DNA of 64,000 nt from Auanema rhodensis (lineage: Eukaryota > Animalia > Nematoda). The notes below the pieces were generated by a model that saw nothing but the letters and a program-made list of their open reading frames with translations, was not told where the DNA came from and did not search any database. Location: contig OZ059898.1 of assembly GCA_964057225.1 (NCBI GenBank), forward strand, positions 12,772,001-12,836,000. The letters are read 5' to 3'. This document shows positions 1-13,335 of the stretch, piece after piece. The translations under genes and the position numbers were made by a program. Each line of letters starts with the position of its first letter. Position 1 is the first letter of the stretch.

Positions 1-1874
1 AAAAGTAAAGAACAAAAAACGAAAGAAAACTAGAGATTGATAGTGATATAGAGAGAACGAGAGTATATGTATGAAAAAAATAGAGATATAGAGAGAGTGA
101 GAAATCGAGAGAGAGAGAAAGAGAGAGAGAGATAGAGAAAGAGTGAGATAGAGAGAGGGAATGGGAAGGGAGGGCAACCGAATAGCACATCGTTGAAACA
201 AAAAAAAATAAAACAGTAATCATTTCATAGCAGGGATGTTGACGTGGAATATACGTGGAACTTCACGTGGAAGTTCATGTGAAGTTTCACGTGGAACACA
301 ATGCACGGATGTAATAGTAATATGCTAATAACTTGAAATGACAGAAAATAAATAAAGAAGAGATGTACATGAATGGAAAGAAAATCAAGTAAACCCATAA
401 TTAAACAGATGATACAATAATGAATGATATCAATATTTAAAATATTATAGAATAATTTTTAAAAATAGACATATAGTGATGTCAAAAAAACACGTTCTTG
501 CTATTTTAGCTCATGAGTAAGTGAGATAGATCGTTTAAAATAGAATTGAAAGCAAAGTATAAGAGCGATGAGCAGTATAGTGTTGATGCTAAAAATAAAA
601 AAAAATTGTATTCTCACATACAATCGGTGAGAATTCCGATAAAAGGGGAAAATACGTGACAATGACGTTCACATCAAAGCTTCAACGTGTCATTTAAAAC
701 TCTCGCTTTGTATTGACAAGACTTTTGTGCATATGTATGAGCTTGTGTATGTGATAGCTTATACCGTTTTCACGTGTTTCACTCTATTTCTCAATCTTTG
801 TATCTATTAAATAGACAAAACAGGTGCAAGCAAAATAGATAAAGAGCATGATGGAGAGAAGAAAAGGGAGAAAAATGTGAGAAAACCAACAAGCCACAGA
901 AGAGATAAACTGAATGCGGAAGAAAATATAAAAATAGTCAGATTGATGATAAAGCAAGTGTGTGACAACGTCGTCTGATGGTGACCACATCAAGACGTCG
1001 CGTGGTGCCCATAAAGCAGGACAATCATTGCGGGAAATGCGAGCGCCACACGCCACGACGACAACGATGTCTTCGTTGCCTTCGTTGCAGCACCAACAGC
1101 AGTAGCCTTCACGACATTACCATCATAGACGGACAGATGGATGAGCTGTATCATCGATGTTAGAATGTTCATAGAGAGTATGTCAAAAGGAGAGAATATA
1201 AGAAAAACCAAGAGGTTCAATAAGAGAAAATAAGAGATGGTTCAAAGAAATGAATAAAACTGAAAGGGAAAGCAATGGGACGAGCGTGGTCATGATTTTG
1301 ACCTCAACGTGCGACATTGCTCACAAAGTCCTTATTTCAATATAATAATTTGGGATCATAGCGACCAAAATACATGGTATATCATACTTTTTTTTCGAAT
1401 TTCTCTCTCAAATTTCAACAAAAATCTGTAAATAACCTTTCGACAAAACAAGAAATGAAGGGCACTCGGATGAGGGCATACAAGCAGTAAGTTCAGTCAT
1501 GTTGAGCAGGAAGCATCGAAGGATGAGCTTCACGTTGTCATTACGTGGTTAATCAAATCCTCTAACAACGGCTCACTCATCTTCCTATGTCTCTTCAACT
1601 CATGGTAAAGTGTAACTAGCAAGTGAAAAAGGAAGAAGAAGATACTGCTAAATGGTAGATGGATAGGCTCCTCTATTAAGAAAGCTGGCTTGCAACTGCA
1701 GGGAACACACATCCAAATAGGATTTTAGAATATTAGCTCAGCAAATCCCATGTTTTTCTAATCAGAATTGTTTCATTATTAATAATAACTTCCTTCAATA
1801 GTTTCTCTCAAAATATACATGTAAGATTGGCAAGAAAGAAATCAAATCAAATTGGTTTATCATATTTTCTTCTA

Positions 1875-1908
<34 letters not shown>

Positions 1909-2171
1909 CACGCATTGTTTCTTACTATGCTCTAGAGGTTTTATAAAGTTCTCGTCACATCAATACCTACAATTCATCGAAATCGATTAGTCAACATGAG
2001 ACTATAACATCTCCTTAAGCTATATACTGCTTCTTCAGTGAAGAAATGAATTGTAAATTTGAAAAAAAACTGTCTGTCAGACAAGATTCTAGGTTAGTGG
2101 TTTTCACGTTTACTTGTTGTCTGGAGTACGACGACGATGGGTAAGAGACAAACATGTGTAGTTTTGACCAA

Positions 2172-2655
2172 CTAGACTAATTGATTCGATGTCGTTGGTT
2201 TCATGATCTGAATAGCTTTGACTTTTGGCCAGAACCCATATAATAGCTTTGATGCAACAACAGTTTGATGATCCAAAGTGAACATCTGACATGCTGTAGT
2301 AGCTTGGAGATGGATTTCAAAATATTAAGCAGCATACTCGAAACAGTAGCAGATGCCCTGCAGAAGGCGTCATAAGCACTAACCACGTCATCACGGTCAT
2401 TCAGATGACGGATACACATATAGACATACTGCAAAAAGAGCGATGAGATGTGCAGATGAATGCTAATAGTTAGATTCGTTGTCTAAATCTTGTCTCTTAT
2501 TCGTTTTCTGAACGAATAGAAAGACTTCTTCCGCTTTCTTAAATCTAGTTCATTCCAACAATTTAATTACAAATGTTCTTCACGAGTTTCACTATCCGAA
2601 CAAACTTCCATAACTTAGTAGCTTCTTTACAAATCCACTTTTGTAACTTTTTCAT
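2172..2655 (-). CDS. Putative small orphan spliced gene (~91 aa); first exon uncertain
   Basis: Exons 2428-2338 and 2293-2172 are joined in frame by a typical 44-nt GT..AG intron, with a strong ttttgcag acceptor before 2428: YVYMCIRHLNDRDDVVSAYDAFCRASATVSTCQMFTLDHQTVVASKLLYGFWPKVKAIQIMKPTTSNQLV*. Candidate first exon 2655-2593 (MKKLQKWICKEATKLWKFVRI) has a weak donor. Confidence 0.35.
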
Positions 2656-2715
2656 TTAACAACGTGAAGAGAGAGAGAGAGAAAAAGGGAGGGAAAGTAA
2701 AAGATAGCGAGAAAG

Positions 2716-2729
2716 AAGAGAGAGAGAGA

Positions 2730-2816
<87 letters not shown>
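2716..2816. repeat. (GA)n microsatellite
   Basis: Nearly pure GA dinucleotide run of ~100 nt. Confidence 0.95.
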
Positions 2817-2818
<2 letters not shown>

Positions 2819-4707
2819 TTAAGATAGTTAAGAGTGAGCATTAATCAGATAAAAAGATCAAATACTCCATTGGGACAAGCCATAAAGCAGAGGTATGTGT
2901 GTGATCATCTTGTTTAGTCAAACAGGAAAAGTAATCTTCCTCATATATTGCGTATAGCACATACACAAAAATATATATATAACTTGATCACTTCAAATAA
3001 TTAATTATTTCTCAATATGTGTTTGATTATTAACAATTCCATTGAAACCTTAGAAGGAGCATAGAAAAAGAAACATTCATGCTTATATAGTATGATGATG
3101 ACATTGACACAGAAAAATAAAATGTAAATTGTTGATGAAAAGATATTATCGAGGGTAATTTGACTTTTCATTTTTTCGAAGTATTGATTATAAGCACAAA
3201 ATTTCTTTTTTTTTTCTTATTAGATATGTTACGACATCAAATGTCAAAGCGTATGAGATCAGCAGCTGGTCTTTTCGAGCATAAATAGAAGGTTAGGTGT
3301 TTTCTATTTCAGATATATGAGATTTGAAAAAGTAAATTAATTCTAATTGACAATGCTGCTACCTATGCTGGACTGACGGATTTAACAAGTGACTTATTGC
3401 TCACTAATATAAATTGAAAAGTGCGGCATAGGCTTTAAGCTCGCCATGTTAGGCAATTGTTTCCTGTATTGAGCTATGAAACCGGAACCAGATGTCCTGC
3501 GAATATTGAATAGAATGCAAGCCTGTTGAAGCAATATGAAAGGAAATATACACGTGAAAAGTTAGAAATCAAGTTGAGCTTGGAAATATGAAAGTAAAAT
3601 AATGAAGTAATATTAACTCAACACACATAAAACATCAAATATATTGATTTGATTGAGAAAATCGATAAGTACGTGATAAATTGTTTTTTGTCTAAGAAGT
3701 ATGAATAATAGTGGGGGGAAGTGAATCATCAAAAATAGGCCGAAAAGTATTTATATAAGAAAAGTACAATGAATATATACTATGAAATTACTGAAAATGA
3801 AAAAAAATTTGTTTGTAAGTTTATACAATATTTTCAAATCTTTTTACAAATTTTTGTTAAACATAGTCAAGTGATATATGAAGGATAGGACACGACAAAT
3901 AGATAAATAAAGACAACATATTAAGTTGAAACTACACATACACATGCAGATAAGTGTGTCTCAACGATTTCATAGGTTGCAGGGCAACGAGATAGAAGTT
4001 TGTTTGAAATTAAGTTATAACACGAATTATGTTATGAAACAAAATGAGATGATAAAGTTTTAAGTTGGTTAAGCTGCCTAATAATGCTTATTTTTTGTTG
4101 AAATTAGAGGAAAAATCTAAGTGTTTTGATGAGTGAAGGTAAAACACAATTAGATATTTGGTAGGTATGTGAAAGAAATAGTAGAAGAAGATGAAGAAGA
4201 AGAGAGAAGAAAGAACATCAAAAGACCTTATCTAATTATATTTCATTTAAAGTGGTATAGAACAAACAAAAATACTTTTATACGATAATGATAACTATAA
4301 ATATGCATAATATAAATGTACAAATCATTTATATTTTGGATATTCATTGAAATAAAATTATAAACTAAAATGAAAATACATACATAGTAAAAACGGGTGA
4401 CGTTGCTATATATCCCACTAATAATTTTAACTACAAGCACATGGAACAGGTGAAATAAAAATAAAAACTTGAATAAATATTCTAGTAAAAATATGGAAAA
4501 AATTGTTTTTTTTTGTTTGTTCAGATATTTTAAGGAAAATATTAAAGAGAGAGAGAGAATAGGAGAGAATATATTTCTTTTCCTTACTAGTTAACATCAT
4601 GTATTTAGATTTACAATCGTTCATTCAAGTTGTTGAAAGAGGTTTCAATCTTGTCACATACTTTCCTTCTTTTCTCACTATTACTCACTATAAGTACACG
4701 TAGACGT

Positions 4708-5568
4708 ATGCCACGTGAACTTTGCGTTAGATTGACAGGATCATTCAAACAACTTTAGTAATTGCAATCGGTTGTGATTGAGTCAGATTACTTAAGTTTT
4801 TTCTTTCAATAACGTATTCAAATTATTTTTTTATTCTTTTCAATCTCATTTTCTTAAATTATTCTTTATCATTATGAATATGGAGTAGGTGATTAGTTAT
4901 GATTCACAGAACGTGTTGCTCTATTCAAATGATTTAAACATTTTTTTTTCTTTCAGTGAATCGCAGGGTGAAAGCAAATATTCAGTTGACGATTATTTGA
5001 TTGACTGTGAAAATACTGAAGTTAGTTAGTTCTTATTGTAAATAATTATAATTTATATAAAGATTTAAAAAAAATAATAATTAGAATAATCAAATTAAAG
5101 TTTCATTCATTATTTAAAATAGATTTTTGAAAACAATTTTCAGAATGTACGAGAACTTGTACTACAAACTATTCAACAATATATGGTATTATCTCCTAAT
5201 GCTCACTTGAATATTGATGTTCAATTTGAAATAGATACAGATAAATTGGATAAAAAGTATTTTTAGTTTAATTCATTTTTCTTATTATTTTTCATTACAT
5301 TTCATTCGATTCAGAGTTGCCACTACTACTATTCGAGCTACAAGAGCAGCAACATTCAATGCTTTTCTAAAGGTAAATCATATAGTTAATATAGTTTAAT
5401 GTTTATTATTTATATATTAAGTCATTATCTACTGAAAAGACTATTACAAATCCAATGAAATATCCAAAAGATGCAGCATTGAAGAAGAAAGAGCTAGCAC
5501 CTCGCGTTCGATGCCCCATGTGTCGTCAAGATGAAGCAGCTAAAAAAGTTTCGAGACACAGACATTAA
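4708..5568 (+). CDS. Uncharacterised ~140-aa protein, 5 exons, C-terminal CPMC motif
   Basis: Phase-consistent GT-AG splicing (exon 1 4708-4757, exon 2 from 4957, three more exons, TAA 5566-5568) gives MPRELCVRLTGSFKQLYESQGESKYSVDDYLIDCENTENVRELVLQTIQQYMVLSPNAHLNIDVQFEIDTDKLDKKVATTTIRATRAATFNAFLKSLSTEKTITNPMKYPKDAALKKKELAPRVRCPMCRQDEAAKKVSRHRH*. Not in the ORF track. Confidence 0.7.
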
Positions 5569-6914
5569 TTCTACAAAAAATTATTCATCAGTTTCATTCT
5601 TTTGTGAAAACTTGAACCAAAACTTAATTTTTACTTCGATGTTTACACGATTATTCTCACAATTTTCTTTACCCGTCTTGGAGAGAAACTTTTCATCCCA
5701 CCCCCTATTCATGGTCTTTTAGGATAATCTGTGCATGTCCATCTACAGTATTATTCAACTAAGATAGAAGAATAAAATACATTTTGATCTAAAAAATGAT
5801 ACAACGAACGGTTAGAGAAAGCTGCAAGCTCGGGAACATAAGGACCTAGACTAATAGATTTCTTAGATTTACCCGGAGATAATAGTTGGAACCAGACGGA
5901 GGGTTTCAAATCCTAGTGCCTGCACTTGAAGTCATGATGTCATTAAAGTTTCTTTTATCTTCATGAATATCTAGGTATTCAGAAATTAAAGAAGATATTG
6001 AAGGAACTGTTACGATCACAATCTCAACCGATGCCCTGAAAATTTCAGACATGACATCACTATGTGATACTTAATTTTAAATTAATAATAAATTCATAAT
6101 ATGGAAATAAATATTGAAAAACAGCAAAAATTATTTTGTATAATTAGTATAAAATGAAAATTTGAATTAAAAATTAAAATTGTAGTCTAGTACGCATTCG
6201 GATTCACCGTTCTGAGGTTTATTAAATGGAAAAGCAATTGAGTAAAATGATTAGTTAACTTATACAAACATCGGAACAGACGTAAATGGAGATTACAGAG
6301 ACTTGTGTCATGTCTTGACAATCAGACGGAATCTTGTCTTTCTTTTACTCAACTTTGTAACTCGTATCGATTCATCTAGATCAATAAGGAGTTACTATAG
6401 CTGATGGAACACTATTTTTGCAGATACTATAGCCATATAATACAAAACTAATATCAAAGGTTGTTATAAAAGTAAGAAAAAGGAAATAAACGATCATGTG
6501 AAGAGTGGAAAACTTCTACTATAAACGATGTAACAAGTTAAATTTCGATTTTGTGAGAGAATAATGCTCTGATTTCATCTACAGGCTTTAACTGATTGAA
6601 ACTGAAAATTTACTCAACTTCAAGAATTTTTAATAGTATTATAGAAAAAAAGCAAAATTTTCTTGTATAGAGTAAACGTTTTCCTTTTTTTGTAATGTTT
6701 CAGACATCTTACAGTATCCGGAACGTTGTGTTATCTATCTAAATCTTTCATTTCCACGCCTACCTTAGGTTCACTACAGCTTTGATGATCCGGACAAAAG
6801 AATGGGAGGAGCTTAGTTAGATATTCAGCTTTCATATCCACCATAGCACAAATCCTTTATTTCATTCTTTCATTTCTCTGCTTTCATATCAATTCAACGG
6901 GTCTTCTAATTTAG

Positions 6915-8276
6915 ATGAATCCACGACAACAACGAGGAATATATGTTGCTTTGGGAGCTGCTGCAGTTCTGATCCTCATTATTACTGCTTCTTCACGTCC
7001 ACAAATACCGGACTATTCGGATGATAGTACGTTCGTTGTTTCTCCTTCTCGTGTTTCCAATGAATTCAATTTTGTGAGTTTGTTCTCAATTTATACAATC
7101 ATTTGATGAAATTCTTAGGTTGAACCAGTTGAGGTTATCAACCATTCTCAAAATATTCCAATACCATCAAGTAATGAACATTTACAATTTTCCAAAGCTG
7201 TAGATAATTATCGGACGTGTATTAGCAAGAAATATAATGATGTCAAATCCAATGTAACAGCGGTATGATGCTTTCTAACCAACTTTGAAACCTTAACTCT
7301 TACATCTTAGCTTTGGGTTCGTGGTCTTCAAAATATTGTTAAAGAATGTCTTTCTAATACTGATATTAACAAAATTGTAATATCTCCATTGGAAAATAAC
7401 GATGAAATCAAGCATCATATTTATAGTTCTTATGTAAGTTTTACATGTCTTTTCTCTAGTCCACTTATGAGCAATGGTTCAGGAAGAGCCTAGTACTATC
7501 GTAACCCTTGGAGTCGGAGCTGATACAAAAGTTGAGCAACATTTAAAAGAAAAACTTCCAACAGTATAATAGAACACAATTAAAACAGTTTTATAACATT
7601 AACCTCACTGTAGGGCTCAGAATTCTATGCTGCTGATCCCATCTACGAACCAAACGCTAAAATGTTTGAGCCAATCGGAACATTCTTCCCATTCGCTGTT
7701 GGATCACATACAGGCATTTCAAAAGCTAACATCCGTAAAGATGATGGTAATAACAATCTTTTTCCTGAAAGATCTCATATTGTTATTATCTAGGGCGATA
7801 TGCTTCGCATCTAATGACTCACATCGACGTTGAGACATTTTTCGGAAAACTTGTTAATAGGTTTGAAAACCAATTACAAATTGAGGAGAATATCAGTCGA
7901 TGCTTTCAGAACTAAGATCGATCATCTTCTGTTGGATAATGAAGGTCCTGAATACGAAATCATTCCAATGTTGGCTAAAGGAAGTATATTTGATGATCTC
8001 GGAGTTACTGTATGTCAGATGAACGTTGAAGTAGGCATAATCCCACCCCTTCTCTCATCCATATACTCATGCTTTCAGGTTCACGATGCAGCCTTCAACA
8101 TTCCAACAAAGTTGATTCGTCAGAAATTCATTCAAATCATGGATCGTATACTGGATGATGCTCGATACGTTCCACTGATCAGTGAATACTACGGCCATCA
8201 ACGAATGTACTTTGTAAATGTTGAAAGTGATTTCTGTGTAAACAAGTATCTTATGCAATTTTTCACTGAGAAATAA
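6915..8276 (+). CDS. Nematode FkbM-like (Methyltransf_21) SAM-dependent methyltransferase, type II membrane protein
   Basis: N-terminal TM anchor (IYVALGAAAVLILIITA). Family-typical motifs TIVTLGVGAD, FYAADPI, FFPFAVG, IDHLLLDNEGPEY, VCQMNVEVH and RMYFVN..C..KYL, across multiple short introns. Confidence 0.85.
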
Positions 8277-8527
8277 GTTGACGATGGGTAACAAACTAGC
8301 TAATCAAATTGTATAATGATATAGCAAATAGTATTATTATTATAAATAATTTATGAAATTATTAATAAAAAAAGATTTATATAGAATAATTATTATAATT
8401 TAAATATTTTTATGTATGAAATGAATAATTATTTTCAAGTAATTCTCACTTCTTTCTTTTCTTGTTTCATTGTTTTGCATGTTCTTATACATGCAGATGT
8501 CTAGGATACGATATATATGGAATATGT

Positions 8528-9211
8528 TTAGCGATAGCAATTTCCGTCTTCGTCCAGAGATGTTGCCTGACTTTCGTCGAGAATCCGTTGTTTGCACCGA
8601 GATTGTTGAGTTCGTAATGTATAAACTTCAGACAATCGAAATAATCTAAGAAACCATCTCTACATTCGCATAGAGAAATAAGATTTCAAGATAATCTAAC
8701 GAATTCAGACTCTTATTACAATTTGAATGAAATAAATTACCTTCTTGCACCACTAGTGGCTTTAGAACTAAAATATTTTATATGAAAATATATTTTTTAT
8801 AGTTTGATTTGACAACAATTGACAATAATTTAGTTTGAGCTATTTGAGAGTAAACTAAACTAAACTTCTTCAATATTTCTGCAAAATCTTTGCTTTTATT
8901 GAAAAAAAGAATCCAAATCTTCTTGTTTAATAACCATTTTCATATTTTCATGAATGAAAAATATAATTTTGAGAAATTTACAAAAATCTTTCAGTCAGTG
9001 TCAATGAATCAAAATGGCACAGATTGTTTTGAAATTGTTTTTTTCAATTTCTATTTTGAAAACTATTATACAATGGGTTATATAATTTTTAAATTTTCAC
9101 TTTATACGATAGAAACTTAGTAAGAGTTCGAGATGAGAAGACAACACATAAGATTCTTTTCCGATAAGTTTCTATTACAAAGAATATTTTCCAGACGATA
9201 TGACGGGCCAT
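8528..9211 (-). CDS. Putative small orphan spliced gene (~79 aa) with a 27-nt microexon
   Basis: Exons 9211-9117, 8767-8741 (ttttag..AAG|gtaatt) and 8645-8528 splice in phase to MARHIVWKIFFVIETYRKRILCVVFSSRTLTNSKATSGARRLFRLSEVYTLRTQQSRCKQRILDESQATSLDEDGNCYR*. Convergent with the methyltransferase gene. Confidence 0.45.
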
Positions 9212-10000
9212 ACGTCATAATAGGTTAAGAAAAGAGAAAAGCAGTTCATAAAGAACAAAAGAAAAAAGTGAAAATAAAGACAATAATGATATGTTAACAA
9301 GGTTGTTAACTATATATCTATATATCTAACTATATATAACTATATTACACATAGTTATATAGAATCTATTATTCAATTGTATTACTCTGATTATTACTTC
9401 ATATAGTAGTATAGTATAGTGAGTGTGTCTATGTGTGAATTGTCAAATTCTGCTAATTATGATGTTTTCAACTTCTGACCTTGTCGTCTAATATTTTGGT
9501 CAAATACAAAGAATAAGGTATAGTATATTACTAACCACTATTATATAACTATAACTATTTATACGTGTATATATATATATATAACTATTCCTTTTTAATT
9601 CATTTAATCTATGTCTATATGATTTTCCCCCCAAAAAAAAAATGTTGATCAGTCTATTCCTTTTTTTTTCCTCTCATATTAGTTGGATTATAATAAAACT
9701 ATAGTCTAGTTATAAATGTAATAAATATAATTTAGCAACGAAAAAAAATAATAACAGAATAAACAGATACATGTTTGAACTTTTAAATGTTTTCGGTACA
9801 TTCTAGTCAAGATATTTAGTACTCTAAAGAACTTCTATTAAGACTTTAATGAAGAAAGATCATAGTATCTATATACAGCTCGCTGTTTGTTTCTTCTGTT
9901 CTTCAATTCTTTTACAACTTTCTCTTCCTTTTTCTTTTATTTTTCTCGTTCTTTTACTTATCAGAATTTCTAAAACATTTTTACTTTTCATTTCAGCTCA

Positions 10001-11353
10001 ATGGATAATATTTTGGAAATTGTACTAACTATATTGAAAGCTTTAGCTATATGTTTTGTAAAAATTATTGTAGCTTTCTTTCCAAAAGGCGTACTACCTA
10101 GAAAATCTGTGAAAGGTTTGTTGATATACAGTCGTCTAATCATATATTCATCTATATTATTCCTATTTTGTTTCAGGAAAAGTCGTTCTCATAACAGGTG
10201 GAGGTAGTGGTATTGGACAGAAAATGGCTGTTCAGGTATTGATTGTTGTCCTTTTAGTTTATCATTTTCATGAATTTTTAATGTAGTTTGCTAAGTTGGG
10301 CGCACGAATTGCCATCTGGGATATCAATGAGAAGGGTAATGAGGAGACAAAGAAGCTGGTCGAAGAGCAGAACGGTGAAGTACTGTTGATAAAGAGAGCT
10401 GATTGTACTCTTACTTTCAAAATTTTACAGGTTATAACTGAAGTCGTCGATCTGACACAACGCTCACAAATCTATGAAAAAGCTGAAAAATTGAGAAAAG
10501 AATTTGGAGATGTTCATATGCTAATCAATAATGCTGGATATGTATCAGGTTGGCCTCAACATGCTCACAATTTTGTTTGAAGTTTGAATAATACTTTAGG
10601 CAAACTCTTTATGGATATTTCTGATGAACTGATCGATAGAACATTCTCTGTCAATGCCATTTCTCATTTCTTCGTAAGAAATTTTACACAAAATAAGTCA
10701 TTAGAATTAAAGTGATTTTTAGACAACAAAAGCCTTTCTACAGCCTATGCTTGACAAGAACGAAGGACATATCGTGACAATAGCTTCAGTTGCTGGAACA
10801 ATTGGAATTGCTCGAATGGTGCGCATTTGAAAAATAAAAAACATCATGAATTTTTAATTGAAAAAAATTTTATTTTCAGACTGATTATTGCGCATCCAAG
10901 TATGCTTCATTAGGATTCCATGATTCATTAACATCTGAACTACGATGCCTTAAGAAAACTGGTGTTAAGACAACGGTTGTTTGTCCGTACTTCATTGATA
11001 CTGGAATGTTTGATGGATTTCAAGATGTGTAAGTTGTGTACTGAAAATAGCAAAATACCTTCCGCATCATCTTTGCAGGAACTTCCCTTTCATGGGATTA
11101 TTAGAACCAGACTATGTCGTTGATTGTATTATGGATGCCGTATTAACTGATCAAGTTATGCTTGCAATGCCTAAACCTTCATATTTATTTGGAATTCTTA
11201 ACAGGTATATATTTGAGAATATCGTTGGGAAATACAAGTGTTTTTCTCTCAAATTTCAGATTATTACCAAGTGAAGTAAATCTTTTATTAGCTGATATTA
11301 CTAAAGCTAATGATGTTATGTCCAAATTTCAAGGAAGTCATATTTCAAAGTGA
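10001..11353 (+). CDS. Short-chain dehydrogenase/reductase, RDH10/17beta-HSD11 (SDR16C) type, similar to C. elegans dhs-3 class
   Basis: N-terminal hydrophobic anchor, [20 protein letters not shown] Rossmann motif, [16 protein letters not shown], catalytic YCASK and [11 protein letters not shown]; about 9 short introns. Confidence 0.92.
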
Positions 11354-11852
11354 AATGATAAGATGATGTAATCTACTTTCCTTTAATGTAATTATTCCTG
11401 TAAATATTTATTTGTTTACTATATGTATATTACATATACATATGTATATTGAAAATGTTTAACATATAACTTCAAATATTCCATTAACTATATTGATTAT
11501 AACAAAACTCTTTTTTTTCTAAACGACACCAATTGCTAATTACTTTTTTTTTTAAAAATCTGTTGCTATCACTGTTGAATGGAATTTTTAAGAGCTTAAA
11601 CTGATTATACACACTCCATTTGAAGAATTTAGGAGATTATCTCTCACACTGACTGTTTCAACAGATTTAAAGATCAATAATATGTTATAGTTCATATGTA
11701 ACTTGATATTTATGAATAAATATGTAATACGTTCAAAGCTATTTTTTTTTGGCGAAAAATCATCAGATGATAGGTAAGTTACATGCGCGTTCATGTGAGT
11801 TCATGAAGCAGTCAAGCTTCTCATAGATTTATATTAAATATCTCTACAATGA

Positions 11853-11884
<32 letters not shown>

Positions 11885-12375
11885 GTGTCTTAAACTATAT
11901 GATAAGAATATTTTTATTATATAATTATAATAATTAAAGCAAGTATTATAGTTTTTTATAGTTTTCAAATTGCTATAAATGATATAAAACACTTTATGAC
12001 TCATAATACAATATGCCATTTATATAGCTTTGTCATTTTTTTTTTGATAAAAAATAAAATTTTAATCAAATCAGAATCATTTTATTTCAATATTTCATCA
12101 CTTAATTGAACAGAAATATATGAAAAAACATAGATATTCATAATGATAATGATAAATGTATATATATATATATATAATACATAATAATATGGAAAAGTTC
12201 GTGATAATCTCTGAAATAAAATTGTATTTGATAGTTCGGATCAATCGCTCAATTAAAACATATTTTATCTTCATCTTACCCTCCCCTCCTCTTCCCCAAC
12301 TACATCTTCTCAATTTTTATCTTTTTAAATTGTTGATAATCTTTTATCATTCTTATTTTTGTGTTCAATCACAGT

Positions 12376-13335
12376 ATGCGATCGTTGTTCAATCTTCTTG
12401 CTATATGCGTCGTGGCCACTCTATGTGCTACAGATGAGCCAAGATGCCGTGAAGCACATGAAGTATATAACAACGACATTGGAATGTAAGTGTCAATTAA
12501 AGCTTTTACCTTGAAGCTCTTTCAACAACTTCAGGTGTTATCTATATGAATCAACTTTCAAAGATTATGCGTCTGCTAGTGATTATTGTACTAGCATAGG
12601 ATATAAGCTTGTTGCTATTCATTCTGAATCTGAAAATAGTGCTGTAGCCAGTATGTTATAAGTATATTTGCTATGTTAAAGCATCTCAAATTTGTAGATT
12701 TTGCTGCAATCAACTTTGGCTTCGAAAATGAAGATTTCTGGATTGGGATGTCAAATACTGTTTCAAAAACATTTACTTGGATTGATAGCACATTCGTTAA
12801 TTATGCTAATTGGGGAGTTGGTAGGCATTTCTTCATTTTTACCAAATTCACGTAAACTTTGACGTGAACTTTCACGTGAACATGTTTCAATTATGTTAAT
12901 TATTATATAATTTTAATAATTTTAATTAACAGAACCGGTTGTATATGTTGTTTTAAAAAAACTTTATCAATATCTCATCATTTCTAATTTTTTTTCTTTA
13001 TAGGTGAGCCAATAATAGATCGACACTGTGGAACTATGCAAATTGCTGATTATTTATGGTATTCAGCAGATTGTTCATTGAAAAAGTACTATTTTCAATT
13101 ATACTATATATAACTAATAATATTCTTTGTAGGCCATTTGTATGTGTTGGTCCTCCACAAAGTAATAGTAGTACTGACACATCTCCATGTGTTCCAGAAC
13201 CTGCTCAAGTGGATTGTAATTGTAAGTATTGAGTTAAGCTTTACCATGGTTACATAACAATGTATGGTTTTAGGTACAGCCGAAGTGAATAAATACAAGA
13301 ATCTGTTAAAACTGTATGGACATCCTATTGAGTAA
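12376..13335 (+). CDS. Secreted C-type lectin domain protein (clec family)
   Basis: Signal peptide MRSLFNLLAICVVATLCA. CTLD motifs CY...A..YC...GYKLVAIHSESEN, FWIGM, FTWIDSTFVNYANWGVGEP, CGTM, WYSADC and PFVC; stop at 13333-13335. Confidence 0.9.

Noticed and set aside
2656-2841. (SL)n / (RE)n ORFs (also 16486-16838, 20884-21114, 32907-33095, 45481-45678)
   Set aside because: Translations of GA/CT microsatellites.
5824-5924. tRNA-Ser-like 3' end (GGGTTTCAAATCCTAGTGCCTGCA)
   Set aside because: B-box imperfect, no A-box or cloverleaf, and the length is wrong; at best a decayed remnant.
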